Source: an uncultured virus (IMG/VR IMGVR_UViG_3300030376_008664) (Duplodnaviria > Heunggongvirae > Uroviricota > Caudoviricetes). From it: a DNA stretch of 20,000 bases. The position numbers and the translations under genes are program-made. The stretch lies in IMG/VR virus record IMGVR_UViG_3300030376_008664; one strand, given 5' to 3'. The notes beneath the pieces were generated by a model. That model worked only from the letters and a program-made list of their open reading frames with translations. It was not told where the DNA came from and searched no databases. The stretch's first letter is position 1; each line of letters starts with the position of its first letter. Below are positions 1 to 9,701 of the stretch, piece after piece.

Positions 1-479
1 TAAGTCACGCCAACTCCACTGGCATCAATACCACCCAGTTGTCTGGGTTGAGCTTGGTATATATTATACTGCGCGGATAGCTGTGTGACTCTATCCATGC
101 AATCGCTGGCTAGTCCTCTGTACACTTTTGACACCTCATTGCGATTAACGAACGTAACAGCGCTTTCTCCGTCTCGTAGTGACAATACATTGTCTCCACT
201 AGCAGTGGACGTTGTGATGCCTCTAAGGGCGTTTCTCGCTTGCTTATTGTAGTAATTGGAAAGGTATAGTTCTTTTAACACAGCTTGAGCCTCAATATCC
301 ATTAATCCATAAGTTCCTGAAGCTTCGGCTCCACTAAAATTGGTATACAAGTAAGTGTTTACTTGTCCTAGATTTTCAAACAACCAACCACTGACATTAG
401 ATACAGTAGCAATTCCTGTGTCACCATCAAACTCTGTGACAACAATTCCTGAAGCGAGATCTTCTAATACGTTCGGCAT
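1..479 (-). CDS. Putative virion protein (head-completion/neck candidate), runs off the window edge
   Basis: Not in the ORF track. Manual translation from ATG at 479 gives an open frame to base 1 (MPNVLEDLASGIVVTEFDGDTG...QPRQLGGIDASGVGVT, 159 codons, no stop). GTGTA motif 9 nt upstream. Function inferred only from position downstream of the capsid gene. Confidence 0.65.
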   Translation of the reverse strand, partial: MPNVLEDLASGIVVTEFDGDTGIATVSNVSGWLFENLGQVNTYLYTNFSGAEASGTYGLMDIEAQAVLKELYLSNYYNKQARNALRGITTSTASGDNVLSLRDGESAVTFVNRNEVSKVYRGLASDCMDRVTQLSAQYNIYQAQPRQLGGIDASGVGVT

Positions 480-488
480 ATAGTGTAT

Positions 489-493
489 TACAC
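489..493 (-). promoter_or_regulatory. GTGTA candidate late-promoter motif
   Basis: Minus strand reads AGTGTAATACACTAT-ATG; embedded in the palindrome TAGTGTA-T-TACACTA (481-495). Confidence 0.55.
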
Positions 494-507
494 TAGCTTT
501 TAGTATT

Positions 508-957
508 TTAACTATCTAACCAATCAAGAAGTTCTTTATGATCTGGATTATTTGGGTCTAGCTCAATAGCTGGAACTGGTTGGGGCGCTGTAGCGATATT
601 ACCTCTGCTTTTATATCTATTAAATTCTTTGATAATATTGTCTCTTACAACTGATCTATCATAGTAAGGATTCACTCCTACCTTCCTAGAGAAAGCTTGT
701 AAATCTGCCTTACTCATTTTGTTTAACTTGTCTTTTAAAACCTCTAAATCGTTAGTCCCAAAAGAGTTAGTTTCCCCAGTGCCAAAAATAACCTCAATTT
801 CCTGCATAACCTCTTTATAACGAGCGGTGCTAGTTTCTCCGTTCTCTCTAAGTTCTTCTAATTCCTCTAAAAGACCTTTCTTAGCAGGTTTCTCTTGCCC
901 TGTAGTTACTTCTTCGAAAGGGATTTCTTTGTTTTTAGCTGTTTTCTTTTTAGCCAT
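508..957 (-). CDS. Hypothetical protein, 149 aa
   Basis: ORF track; same strand as neighbours, own GTGTA motif. Segment KLNKMSKADLQAFSRKVGV resembles a Rho-N/HeH-like helical motif (weak). Confidence 0.75.
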   Translation of the reverse strand: MAKKKTAKNKEIPFEEVTTGQEKPAKKGLLEELEELRENGETSTARYKEVMQEIEVIFGTGETNSFGTNDLEVLKDKLNKMSKADLQAFSRKVGVNPYYDRSVVRDNIIKEFNRYKSRGNIATAPQPVPAIELDPNNPDHKELLDWLDS

Positions 958-968
958 ACAATATTATA

Positions 969-973
969 TACAC
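969..973 (-). promoter_or_regulatory. GTGTA candidate late-promoter motif
   Basis: Minus strand reads AAGTGTATATAATATTGT-ATG, 11 nt before the start at 957 and immediately after the capsid terminator. Confidence 0.55.
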
Positions 974-989
974 TTAATTAATAAATTAC

Positions 990-1021
990 AAAAAAAAAGC
1001 CGCTCCCGAAGGAACGGCTTT
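990..1021 (-). terminator. Rho-independent terminator of the capsid operon
   Basis: Minus strand: AAAGCCGTTCC-TTCG-GGAGCGGC-TTTTTTTTT (stem, C(UUCG)G tetraloop, U9 tail), about 20 nt after the capsid stop codon. Confidence 0.9.
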
Positions 1022-1043
1022 CTTTATAAGTGATAGGGTTGTA

Positions 1044-2204
1044 TTAACCTCCCTTAACAAGTCCGAGGAGAACACGGTTGTCGAGGACAACTCGTCCTTC
1101 TTCAAGCTGACCGTAGTAACCAATCTTGTTCTGACGAACGCTATACTGGTCATCTGCGACGAGATTAAGCTCGCTGCTGCTATCTGGATCAGTAGCAACA
1201 ACACGCATAAGTGAATCGCGAGTACGATCAACACCGACGATGATCTCGTCAGTTGCACCTGCAAATACAGCGGAACGCGCATTTGCATCAGCAGAATCTC
1301 CATACACAGAGTATTTTTGAGATCCAGCAGCAGTGTCAAAGATAGTGTTAAACTTCTCTCCTTTACCCATCTCGTTGAATTCCAAGATGTTTACACCCAT
1401 GAAGCTGTCGAGACCTGCATTCTGATAAAGCTCGTTGCGGAGTTGCTCTGGAGCAGCAAGAACAGTAGATTCAGTTGTGTCAGGCACAGCAGTGGTGTTT
1501 ACAGGATTGTAAGCCATTGCGCGGATACTTCCAACAACCTCTGGAGAACAAATGAGATCAGTAATCCCACGGGTACGAGTAGTGGGAGTTCCACCAATCC
1601 AAGAGGTGTTAATACGCTTCGCAAGAGTCATGAGCTTATTGAAATCATCAATGAGAACAGTGTCTGCGGTAGCAGTTCTGAAGATTTGCCTTTGGTTCAA
1701 GTTGGGAGAACCTTTAATTTGAGCACCTGCAAGAGAAGTCATAAGAAGAGAGGCAGAAGTGCGCTCTTGCTTAAGAAGAATCTCTTGGGCAACACGGGTA
1801 AAGGTTTTACCAACAACATCCATGCGGCTCTTTGCTGCGTAGCGGCGGTCAAAATCGACAGCGGCATCAAGAGTGTAAGTAGCCAACTTAAGCTCGGAAG
1901 CTGTAGGAAGCACTTGGTTACTTGGAAGACCACCTGCGTGACTTTGACTCCAAACTCTGACGTAATCTTCGTCAGCGATGTCGTAGTAAAGATCAAGCGG
2001 GATGCTTGGGTTGTCATCCGCATCAAATTGAAGCGAATTGAAAAGGTTGCTAACAGTAGGAGCGTTGTTGAGAACTTCGGCCAAAACTGGTCCGATGAAT
2101 TCAGCAAGTGCTACTTGAGCCTCGTATGCAACAGTGCGATTACGAGAAGCCATAGCTTTTACAAGCTCGACTTGTTCTGGAGTTCTTTTTAAAGTAATTT
2201 TCAT
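1044..2204 (-). CDS. Major capsid protein (HK97 fold inferred), 386 aa
   Basis: Size, position after portal-protease-decoration genes, strong terminator downstream, SD-like AAAGGA 9 nt before the ATG, and a C-terminal pattern typical of capsid proteins (RQNKIGYYGQLEEGRVVLDNRVL). Confidence 0.85.
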   Translation of the reverse strand: MKITLKRTPEQVELVKAMASRNRTVAYEAQVALAEFIGPVLAEVLNNAPTVSNLFNSLQFDADDNPSIPLDLYYDIADEDYVRVWSQSHAGGLPSNQVLPTASELKLATYTLDAAVDFDRRYAAKSRMDVVGKTFTRVAQEILLKQERTSASLLMTSLAGAQIKGSPNLNQRQIFRTATADTVLIDDFNKLMTLAKRINTSWIGGTPTTRTRGITDLICSPEVVGSIRAMAYNPVNTTAVPDTTESTVLAAPEQLRNELYQNAGLDSFMGVNILEFNEMGKGEKFNTIFDTAAGSQKYSVYGDSADANARSAVFAGATDEIIVGVDRTRDSLMRVVATDPDSSSELNLVADDQYSVRQNKIGYYGQLEEGRVVLDNRVLLGLVKGG

Positions 2205-2226
2205 GTTATAAAGTCCTTTCTAAGTA

Positions 2227-2892
2227 TTAGTTGCAGTTAAACGAGATAACGATGTAATCACCAGAGAACTGATCAGTGGTAGGACCAACGTTTGCACGGG
2301 TTCCTGTTCCAAGAACATGTCCAAAGACTTTATCCTCATCAACTAAATCACCAGTGGTAATAGTCGCAGCAGTAACAGTAGCAAAACCAGTGATTTTACC
2401 AGCGTTAGAAGAAAGCTTAATCCTATTTCCTGGGGCATAGCTAGTGAGAGGTCCGTCGAAAGCAGACGAAGCTAAAGTGAAAATACCTTTAGTTGCGATA
2501 GGAACAGCTTGCCCTGGGAGCATTGCTTGGAGTTCCTCTTGCTTTTGTGGGTTATAGAGCAGCTTCTCGCCGTTCTCGTCGTTTTTAGCGGTCTGATAGA
2601 GAGTCATGCCGATAGCATGATCTTCGTTAGCAGCGCCTGTAACTTTAATATTAACTTCAGGATACATCTCTGTAGTTCCAAGGAACGGATAGTTGGTGTT
2701 ACCCAAGTAGCTGTTCGTTTGGTAAGTTACAGGATCGTTATCGAAGTTACCGTCCGACACCTTCACAAATACGCCAGCATCGCCAGCGCCTGTTCCAGTG
2801 GTGCTGTCGAGAACATCACTATCAATGATAGAGTACATGTTCACGACATCGTGATCAGAGTATTGTCTGAATGGTAGAATACGTAATGCCAT
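2227..2892 (-). CDS. Putative capsid decoration/cement protein, 221 aa
   Basis: Gly/Thr-rich, beta-type sequence between scaffold/protease and capsid genes. PGQAVPIATKGIF...PGNRIKLSSNAGKIT resembles beta-tulip decoration proteins. Confidence 0.6.
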   Translation of the reverse strand: MALRILPFRQYSDHDVVNMYSIIDSDVLDSTTGTGAGDAGVFVKVSDGNFDNDPVTYQTNSYLGNTNYPFLGTTEMYPEVNIKVTGAANEDHAIGMTLYQTAKNDENGEKLLYNPQKQEELQAMLPGQAVPIATKGIFTLASSAFDGPLTSYAPGNRIKLSSNAGKITGFATVTAATITTGDLVDEDKVFGHVLGTGTRANVGPTTDQFSGDYIVISFNCN

Positions 2893-2909
2893 AATTTTAT
2901 TTTGTTAAA

Positions 2910-4400
2910 TTAAGAAATTTCAATGTTGTCCCGAGAGAAAGCTGATTTAAACTTATCTCGAAGAGAGGGTTCGCTAGATGCAACAGTCTCATTTGCATTA
3001 GAGACTTCTGCGTCTACAGGTTCAGCAGCATCAAGAGCTTCTTCAATTTCAACTTCTTCAACAGAAGCTTTAGAAAGCTTTTTCGCTACTTCTTCATCAA
3101 TACGAGCTTGAATTTTAGAATTAAATTCTTCTTGGACTTCTTTGTTTTTATTTTTCCAAAGAATATCGAGTTTAGAAGCGAAAGCTTCGTAAGAAGCATC
3201 ATCATCTAAAGTTTTCAATTCAGAGGCAAGAAACTCACGATCTTGATCATCAAGTTCGAATTTCTCGTCAATTTGGTCCATACGAGTGTTAAATGAAGCA
3301 ATAGCTTTTTGAGCTTTTTCCTCATTTTCATAACCAGAAATACGCTCGCTAGCGTCTCCCAGTTTTTCCTCAAGCGCCTTTACAGAAGCTTTAAGGTCTT
3401 CGTATTCTTTAATTTTATCTTCTTTTTCCAATCTCTCTGCTTCGAGATCCTTACGGTACTGTTCGTCCCGTTGACGGATTGCATCAGCAAAGGTATCAGT
3501 CATGGAAGCGACAGCTTCCTTTGAGAATTTCTTCTCATTTAGAAGATCCTTCAATTCATTTAGAGTATTTTCAAGTTCCATATCGATAATGTTCTTTTGT
3601 GTGTTTACATTTAAATTATTATTTTGTGAAATTTTATCCCTCTTATCATTTATAAATATTTGAGTTTTTTCAGGAGGCTTCGAATATAAGCCCTTCACAT
3701 CTGCTGCTGGATTTAAGGTATAAGCAATTCCTAATGGGTATATATCACCCATGATTAATCTGTTTATAGTTTCTCCTTTGTCGGTCTTTCCATTACCGCC
3801 ATAACTTCTTAAATTACCTTGTAACTTAGCTATTTCTTCAGGGTCAGATATAATTCTGGCTTCACTTAATTTATCGCTACCGACAGCTAAAACATAACTA
3901 TTAAATCCAACTTCCCAACTAGCAGAAACTTTTTGATATTTATCACTTTCTGAATCTAAAGAATTTTTTACTAAATTAGTGAAATTTGGGTTTATTGTCT
4001 TATACAAAACAGCTCCCAAAGAGATATTGAAAGGCTCTTTAATAGTTTTCACCTCTTCTTCCCCCATCAACTCGCTAGACCCAAACTTGCTGTAACCAGC
4101 AGAAACAATATGTCCAACAATCTTTTGTTTATCATGCTCTATATTTGTAGGCTTATGGATAAACTTGTCAGTATATCTTATGGCTGTAGATGTGTCCATC
4201 CCATCGCCATTTTTGTTAAATTGATTAATTACCGCAGCATTAAATGCGACACCCATCAAATCTACGTTTTCATCGTAGTTGATGTTATCAGGCACTAAAG
4301 GAGCTAGATTTTCCAAAGAAGCTTTAGAAATCAAAGAAGCCTCGCTAATTTCACAAGAAATTAAAGGAGCCTGAAATGTTGTTGTATACTTATACTCCAT
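2910..4400 (-). CDS. Prohead protease fused to a coiled-coil scaffold domain, 496 aa
   Basis: N-terminal NKNGDG...FIHKPTNIEHDKQKIVGHI...VSASWEV fits capsid-maturation protease His/Ser motifs. The C-terminal ~220 aa is acidic coiled coil. Lies between portal and capsid genes. Confidence 0.75.
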   Translation of the reverse strand: MEYKYTTTFQAPLISCEISEASLISKASLENLAPLVPDNINYDENVDLMGVAFNAAVINQFNKNGDGMDTSTAIRYTDKFIHKPTNIEHDKQKIVGHIVSAGYSKFGSSELMGEEEVKTIKEPFNISLGAVLYKTINPNFTNLVKNSLDSESDKYQKVSASWEVGFNSYVLAVGSDKLSEARIISDPEEIAKLQGNLRSYGGNGKTDKGETINRLIMGDIYPLGIAYTLNPAADVKGLYSKPPEKTQIFINDKRDKISQNNNLNVNTQKNIIDMELENTLNELKDLLNEKKFSKEAVASMTDTFADAIRQRDEQYRKDLEAERLEKEDKIKEYEDLKASVKALEEKLGDASERISGYENEEKAQKAIASFNTRMDQIDEKFELDDQDREFLASELKTLDDDASYEAFASKLDILWKNKNKEVQEEFNSKIQARIDEEVAKKLSKASVEEVEIEEALDAAEPVDAEVSNANETVASSEPSLRDKFKSAFSRDNIEIS

Positions 4401-4914
4401 CGCTATATTTTTTAGCCGCGATATCAGTAAGTAGTTGAGCGTAGCTCTTTTTGTCAGACTTTTCCTTCTTCATGTCTCCACCGCCATATCCTGCATCAGA
4501 CTTTTTCTTCTTTTTGCGGAGCATTTCAAAATCTTTTTTATCGATCTTTCCGTCTTTATTTTGATCTAAACCAGACTTCTGTTTTTCAGACATTTCAGCT
4601 TCCATCTTCTTTTTGCCGTTTTTGTAGCCAGCCTTCATCTTTTCTTCAGAATCTTTGTCGAACTTCATGTCTTTTTTAAGATCCTTCTTTTCAGCATCTT
4701 TTTTCTCTGAAGGAGCGCCCTTATCAAGTTTTTTCATTTTACTTTTGTCATCCTTGATAGCATCTTTTTCATGCTCGACCTTTTCTTTTTTGCTGTCTTT
4801 CTTCAATTCTTTAGTATCGATTTTATCATACTGCTTCTTTGTCATTGCAGCTTCGATCTCTTCTGAAGAAATAGATACTTCGATTTCTGTAGGCTTAAAA
4901 TTATTGTTTTTCAT
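4390..4914 (-). CDS. Lys/Asp/Glu-rich low-complexity protein with an EF-hand-like loop (possible prohead core/internal protein), 174 aa
   Basis: ORF overlaps both neighbours by 11-14 nt; contains DQNKDGKIDKKD (DxNxDGxIxxxD). Confidence 0.65.
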   Translation of the reverse strand: MKNNNFKPTEIEVSISSEEIEAAMTKKQYDKIDTKELKKDSKKEKVEHEKDAIKDDKSKMKKLDKGAPSEKKDAEKKDLKKDMKFDKDSEEKMKAGYKNGKKKMEAEMSEKQKSGLDQNKDGKIDKKDFEMLRKKKKKSDAGYGGGDMKKEKSDKKSYAQLLTDIAAKKYSDGV

Positions 4915-6859
4915 GGCTATGATATAAAATTGCGGCTGGGTAAGTTTCTAAAGTATGTTGAGATGAAATATCTAAAACTTCTTTCAAAGTGTCTAAATTT
5001 TCAATTTCGTTAAAGTCTTTTACACAAGATTCTAACGTTTCGCCCCAATATTCTTTATTATGGGAACAAACGATAGATTCGCATAAATTTGAAACCATCT
5101 CTTCTTGAGCTTCACTAAGCTTAGAAACTTTAAGATGAGATATCATTTTATCTTTTGCATCATGAATAAAGCTGTCTATATCATAAATAGTTTTTTGGAT
5201 ATTTGATCTAGAATATTTAGCATTAGCCAAGGGGATGTCAGTTGTTCCTTCTGGTCTACCCGCTTCTTTTCTAGGCCCACTAGCTTTATCATCTGGAGAA
5301 TATACAGGCACTCCACCTACAATTGGGTTGTAGTAACCTTTTTCTCTATCTTCCAAGAAGTCTTGTTGTGCAGAGTCTAATTGATCTGGCTCTGGGAATT
5401 TGCCATTATGGAACATTTCCATTCCTTGTTCTGGAGTGATAATTCCAAGCTCCATAAGCCTTGTAGATGCTCTCATTAGCTGCACCTCATCTCTCATATC
5501 AATGTCCTTCATCTTAGCTTCTGGCCAAGAACGGAAACCTAAATCTTTAGCTATTCTTTTAATCTCCTTGTTTAAAAAGTCATTTAAAAATCCATATCTA
5601 GACTCTTGTAGCCTATCAATAAATATTTGAGCCTTTACTTGGGTAGAGTTAAACTTCTCCTCTCCGACCACAATGTTCTGCAATCCTTGCTTGATATCCT
5701 CGTTGAGTATTTGATATTTTTGAGGACCAAGGACTAAGTTTAGTTCAGGAATAATAAATTCTGCTTTGGTCGTGTAATCAGAAACTAAAACTCGGCCTAC
5801 GCTCTCGTTTTTAAACAAGTTTTGCATAGCAGCCATATTGTTTGGGTTTACTCCACCTTTTTCTGGATCAGCACCCATAGTGATAAGTAAAATAACATTC
5901 TCTACAGTTCTAGTGATAGCTTGGTCCATTTTCTTCAACTCCATCTTGGCGTTGATATCTTCAAGGACAGGGAAACCAAAAGGAACCGCAAATGGCTCAT
6001 AGTCTTGCTTTTTATAAAAAGAGTAAGATAATCTTTTGGGGTCTAAGTTTATTTTAATACCTTTATTACTATAAGATCCATTATTGATAGAATCTTTGAT
6101 CTCTGGGTCTAAAGCTTCGAATATAGCTAAATCTTCCTCTGTTTGAGGACTTCCAAGACGCGCTATCTCATATTCAGATAATACCTTTTGATATACACCC
6201 CCAGTAGTAAATGTGGTTGACCTTCTAGCAATAACATCATAAGGATTCAGAAGAATATATTTTAAAGGAACTTTATTGGCGGTAGCTCCGATATTACCTA
6301 CTTGATTAATTAATCTGGCATAATCATCTGCTTTGAACTTACCGTCGATTCGATATAAAAAGATATTACCACTTCTGTAATACTCTCTAAAATATTGATC
6401 CTTAAGGCCAATAATGTTAACCTTTTTAAACCACTCGTAAAAAAACTCTCTGCTCTTTTTGCTGCCACCCTCCAAGTAAATATCAGTGTTTGTGAACTCT
6501 GACATTATATCAATCGCATTTCTAAATACAGCTACATTACAGTAAGCTTTTTGACATAACTCAATAGCATCCCTACAAGTAATTCCATCAGAACCGTATT
6601 CGTAAGGTAGTAATCCTCTACGGATGCTTGAAAATCTTTCTTTTTGAGTTACATAAGCAGATCTATTTGTTCTCGATCCACTGAAATCGCTTGTGGAAGC
6701 TCCTTGTCTTCTAGCTTCAGATGTAGAACTATAAGATGCATCGGAAGTATAAAAAGGTTCTCCTAAAAGTTCTGGAGAAGGTTCTTCTCCGATAGTCTGT
6801 GATGGGTGAGTAAATTTATCCCAATAATCAGAACGTTTGGTATATTTTCTTTTAGCCAT
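4901..6859 (-). CDS. Portal protein, 652 aa
   Basis: Directly downstream of the large terminase. Portal-like segments AVFRNAIDIMSEF and FREYYRSGNIFLY; size fits. Confidence 0.8.
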   Translation of the reverse strand: MAKRKYTKRSDYWDKFTHPSQTIGEEPSPELLGEPFYTSDASYSSTSEARRQGASTSDFSGSRTNRSAYVTQKERFSSIRRGLLPYEYGSDGITCRDAIELCQKAYCNVAVFRNAIDIMSEFTNTDIYLEGGSKKSREFFYEWFKKVNIIGLKDQYFREYYRSGNIFLYRIDGKFKADDYARLINQVGNIGATANKVPLKYILLNPYDVIARRSTTFTTGGVYQKVLSEYEIARLGSPQTEEDLAIFEALDPEIKDSINNGSYSNKGIKINLDPKRLSYSFYKKQDYEPFAVPFGFPVLEDINAKMELKKMDQAITRTVENVILLITMGADPEKGGVNPNNMAAMQNLFKNESVGRVLVSDYTTKAEFIIPELNLVLGPQKYQILNEDIKQGLQNIVVGEEKFNSTQVKAQIFIDRLQESRYGFLNDFLNKEIKRIAKDLGFRSWPEAKMKDIDMRDEVQLMRASTRLMELGIITPEQGMEMFHNGKFPEPDQLDSAQQDFLEDREKGYYNPIVGGVPVYSPDDKASGPRKEAGRPEGTTDIPLANAKYSRSNIQKTIYDIDSFIHDAKDKMISHLKVSKLSEAQEEMVSNLCESIVCSHNKEYWGETLESCVKDFNEIENLDTLKEVLDISSQHTLETYPAAILYHSHEKQ

Positions 6860-6874
6860 AGATATAATTTATCT

Positions 6875-6879
6875 TACAC
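6875..6879 (-). promoter_or_regulatory. GTGTA candidate late-promoter motif for the portal-capsid operon
   Basis: Minus strand reads CGTGTAAGATAAATTATATCT-ATG, 15 nt before the start at 6859, inside a 48-nt intergenic gap. Confidence 0.55.
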
Positions 6880-6907
6880 GACAAAGTTAACTTTCAACTT
6901 TTAAAAG

Positions 6908-8773
6908 TTAAGAAATAAACATCGGAGTGAAAGTCGTTTGGGTATCAGAGATATCATCAGACTCCATGTCATAAAAAATGTTCATCATCCAATTACCTAA
7001 CACTAAAGCTGAATAAGAGTCTTTTCTGGCTTTATCAGCCCCACTTTGTTTTCTCAAGTTACGTGGTAAATCAAAACTTTGTGTTCCTTGGGCAGAAGTC
7101 GTAATTTGCACCAAAGCGCACTGAACCTTCATTAAGTCCATCATATCTTTTTGATGTTCTACAAAATCAATCATTCTAGCTCCTTTACCCCCTTTGTCAT
7201 TATTATCACCTTTAATGAACTTCAAGTCATCTATCGGGACTCTAGATTTCCTTTGATTATTATAATCGTCATTCATAGCCGCTCCCGCAAAAAATATTCT
7301 TTTATGATCGAATGCTGATTGTAAAGATTCGTTAGCTAGCCTGATCCATGCTGAAGTCGGCTTCCTAAGAAACACAAATTTCTTTTCTGACTTATTGTAT
7401 TGATTTTTAAGCCTTCTTAAGTTTTTATCATAGTCTTTAGATTTATCTAGGTCGGCTTCTATGACACCAAGATTTAAATTTTTCTTTTTAAAGATTTCAC
7501 TCTCATTGCAGGAGTTAATAAATTGAACTCCTCCATTGTAGTCACCTACTACAGCAGCTACATTAAAGTGAGTCAATATGTAAGCCATGTATTTAATATG
7601 TGTTTTTAAACTCGATCCAGAAAGCGCATAGCTATGGACAGCAGTTCCTTTTCTAGTGTCACGATTCAATTTTATTAAAAGCATCGCGAAATCATCTGAA
7701 CTTTCACTTTCAGACCAAGAGGGGTCAAAAGCTAGAATATATTCATCTTTGGGATTACCCACAACCTCCACACATTGCCCTTCTCCGTCTGGTATGGTGC
7801 AAGCAGCCATCTTACTAACTTTAAAGTATCCAGAGCTGTCATCTGTGAATATAGCGCCAAACTCCCTGTCAAACTGGGAGTCACTCATGGTAGATTTAGA
7901 TTGATTAATTAGACTTTGATCATACAACTGTTCAGGAGCGCAATCATAACTAAAATGCATAATTGTCCTGTGTGCTCCATCTTGTTTGTTTTCATTTAAG
8001 ATAAGAGACTCGTATTGCTGATAAATTTTGTATAAATATTCGAATTTATAAGAAGCCGAGGATAAACCAATAATTTTGTTATTAGGCCACCTTTTTCTTT
8101 CTTCTTCTTTCATTTTACCCTGCTCGATCATCTGGGTTTCTAAATCATAAACCTCTTGACGCTCTGTGGGATTTTCCACAACAGATAGGAACGGTATGAT
8201 AACCTCATTGTAAATTTTTTCAGGCATCAACAATAACTCATCAATAATCATTCTTTGAAATCGGAAACCCCTTAACTTTTCTCCATCTCCCAAAGGAAGT
8301 GCTCTGATACTACTTCTGCCGATCTCCATAACCCATTCATCGTTCATCTTAGATGTTCTAGTTATGCATTGAGAAAAGAAAGTGGCCTTGGGGCTTTTCG
8401 CTATATCTTCGATCTTTTTGAAAATCATTTTGGATTGCCTAAAAGATTTAGACAAAATACCTATCTGCACCCCCTGATTTAGAATAGCGTCTAATAGCGC
8501 GAAAACGCCCGTAGAGAAGCTTTTGGACATTCCACGACTCCATATCCCCAAAAAGTAGTCGGACTCCATCATAGCCTTAATAGCCATATGCTGGAAGGGG
8601 AACAATTTAACCCCTGTAAACAATTCACAAGCAAAGGAAGGATTTTCCCTCAAGAATTTGTAAAGTAAAACTTTAGCTTCAGTTTCCTCTATAAACCCCT
8701 CTTTTTCGAGAATATCTTTGTTTATATCCTTGTACTGTCGGTGTAGTTTCTGTTTTCCTGTTTCCCAAGCCAT
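6908..8773 (-). CDS. terL: Terminase large subunit, 621 aa
   Basis: Q-motif KLFPFQ, Walker A-like SRGMSKS, LRGFRF then Walker B MIIDE, motif III LSSA, FDREFGAIF linker, RNase H-like ILAFDPS...DDFA and C-terminal KDSYSAL. Confidence 0.9.
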   Translation of the reverse strand: MAWETGKQKLHRQYKDINKDILEKEGFIEETEAKVLLYKFLRENPSFACELFTGVKLFPFQHMAIKAMMESDYFLGIWSRGMSKSFSTGVFALLDAILNQGVQIGILSKSFRQSKMIFKKIEDIAKSPKATFFSQCITRTSKMNDEWVMEIGRSSIRALPLGDGEKLRGFRFQRMIIDELLLMPEKIYNEVIIPFLSVVENPTERQEVYDLETQMIEQGKMKEEERKRWPNNKIIGLSSASYKFEYLYKIYQQYESLILNENKQDGAHRTIMHFSYDCAPEQLYDQSLINQSKSTMSDSQFDREFGAIFTDDSSGYFKVSKMAACTIPDGEGQCVEVVGNPKDEYILAFDPSWSESESSDDFAMLLIKLNRDTRKGTAVHSYALSGSSLKTHIKYMAYILTHFNVAAVVGDYNGGVQFINSCNESEIFKKKNLNLGVIEADLDKSKDYDKNLRRLKNQYNKSEKKFVFLRKPTSAWIRLANESLQSAFDHKRIFFAGAAMNDDYNNQRKSRVPIDDLKFIKGDNNDKGGKGARMIDFVEHQKDMMDLMKVQCALVQITTSAQGTQSFDLPRNLRKQSGADKARKDSYSALVLGNWMMNIFYDMESDDISDTQTTFTPMFIS

Positions 8774-9701
8774 CTTTTTTTAATTGTTTGTCCCAAAAAT
8801 ACTGAAGGTCCACTGCCCAGAGCTTCGTGCCTAAAACAAGAATTTTAGGAATCAGTTCTTCGCTTTTTTCTCTAGACCCACTAAACACAAATTGACAGCA
8901 GTCGGTATACTCTGCCTGTATTTCACGCATCCTATGATAAACATAATCTAATTTAAATTTTTTGTATACCTGCTTGTTTACAGCCCACATTTGGTCAAAA
9001 GCTGTTTCTATCACAACATACAAGTAACAACCTGTAGATCTGCATCTATCTAATTCTTTTAAGAACCGATTGTATCCATTTGTTACAGTAGAACAAAAAT
9101 CCTGGTAAGACTTCCTATCCACGAATGTATAGTCATATAAATCGCCCCCCACTGCATAATCCCCGACATCAAGCTTCAACAACTTAGAATTGGTGAAATG
9201 CAGGGGCTTCTGTTCTCTGGTATCTATCAGTATGGGTGTATCTGAATAATCTTTGTGAAATTGCTTTGGCAGAGGTTCAGAAAGCATGGGCTTCATGTCT
9301 AACTGCTTACATGTTTCTTTGTAGCTGCCGAAGATCTGTTTGCACAGATCTATGTCTGGCAGATTGCTAGTGAGTAGATAAGTGGACGGAGGTCCAGACG
9401 AAACTGCTTTTGAGAGGAGTTTTTTGTTTAAGGATGCGACGATAAAATCTTTGACTTCCTCCTTCGGTGCTTGGAGACACCATTTTTTCATATTTCTTTT
9501 ATTTATGAAATCTGTAGCGAAATACTGTTTGTAATTTTTAAAAGGTATTAACTCTCCAGTTAACTTATCTTTTCTCGCATAATTCTCTACATAGTAGTCT
9601 CCCAGCAGTTTACCGTGCTTTCTCATGTGAGAATGCAGTCCCTTTAAGGAATCAAATGAATCCCCACATATTTTGCATTTATATGACATCTTGCTGTCCA
9701 A
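8679..9701 (-). CDS. C2H2 zinc finger plus ERCC4/XPF-type nuclease domain protein, 340 aa
   Basis: CKICGDSFDSLKGLHSHMRKH is a C2H2 pattern. ILIDTREQ...LDVGDY...VDRKSYQDF...RFLKELDR matches the ERCC4 motifs (DxRE, GDY, ERKxxxD with E>D). Confidence 0.75.
   Translation of the reverse strand: MDSKMSYKCKICGDSFDSLKGLHSHMRKHGKLLGDYYVENYARKDKLTGELIPFKNYKQYFATDFINKRNMKKWCLQAPKEEVKDFIVASLNKKLLSKAVSSGPPSTYLLTSNLPDIDLCKQIFGSYKETCKQLDMKPMLSEPLPKQFHKDYSDTPILIDTREQKPLHFTNSKLLKLDVGDYAVGGDLYDYTFVDRKSYQDFCSTVTNGYNRFLKELDRCRSTGCYLYVVIETAFDQMWAVNKQVYKKFKLDYVYHRMREIQAEYTDCCQFVFSGSREKSEELIPKILVLGTKLWAVDLQYFWDKQLKKDGLGNRKTETTPTVQGYKQRYSRKRGVYRGN

Noticed and set aside
1317..2192. 291-aa plus-strand ORF, and other antisense ORFs across 827-14888
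   Set aside because: They lie opposite well-supported minus-strand genes, lack their own signals or motifs, and are expected shadows of codon bias.
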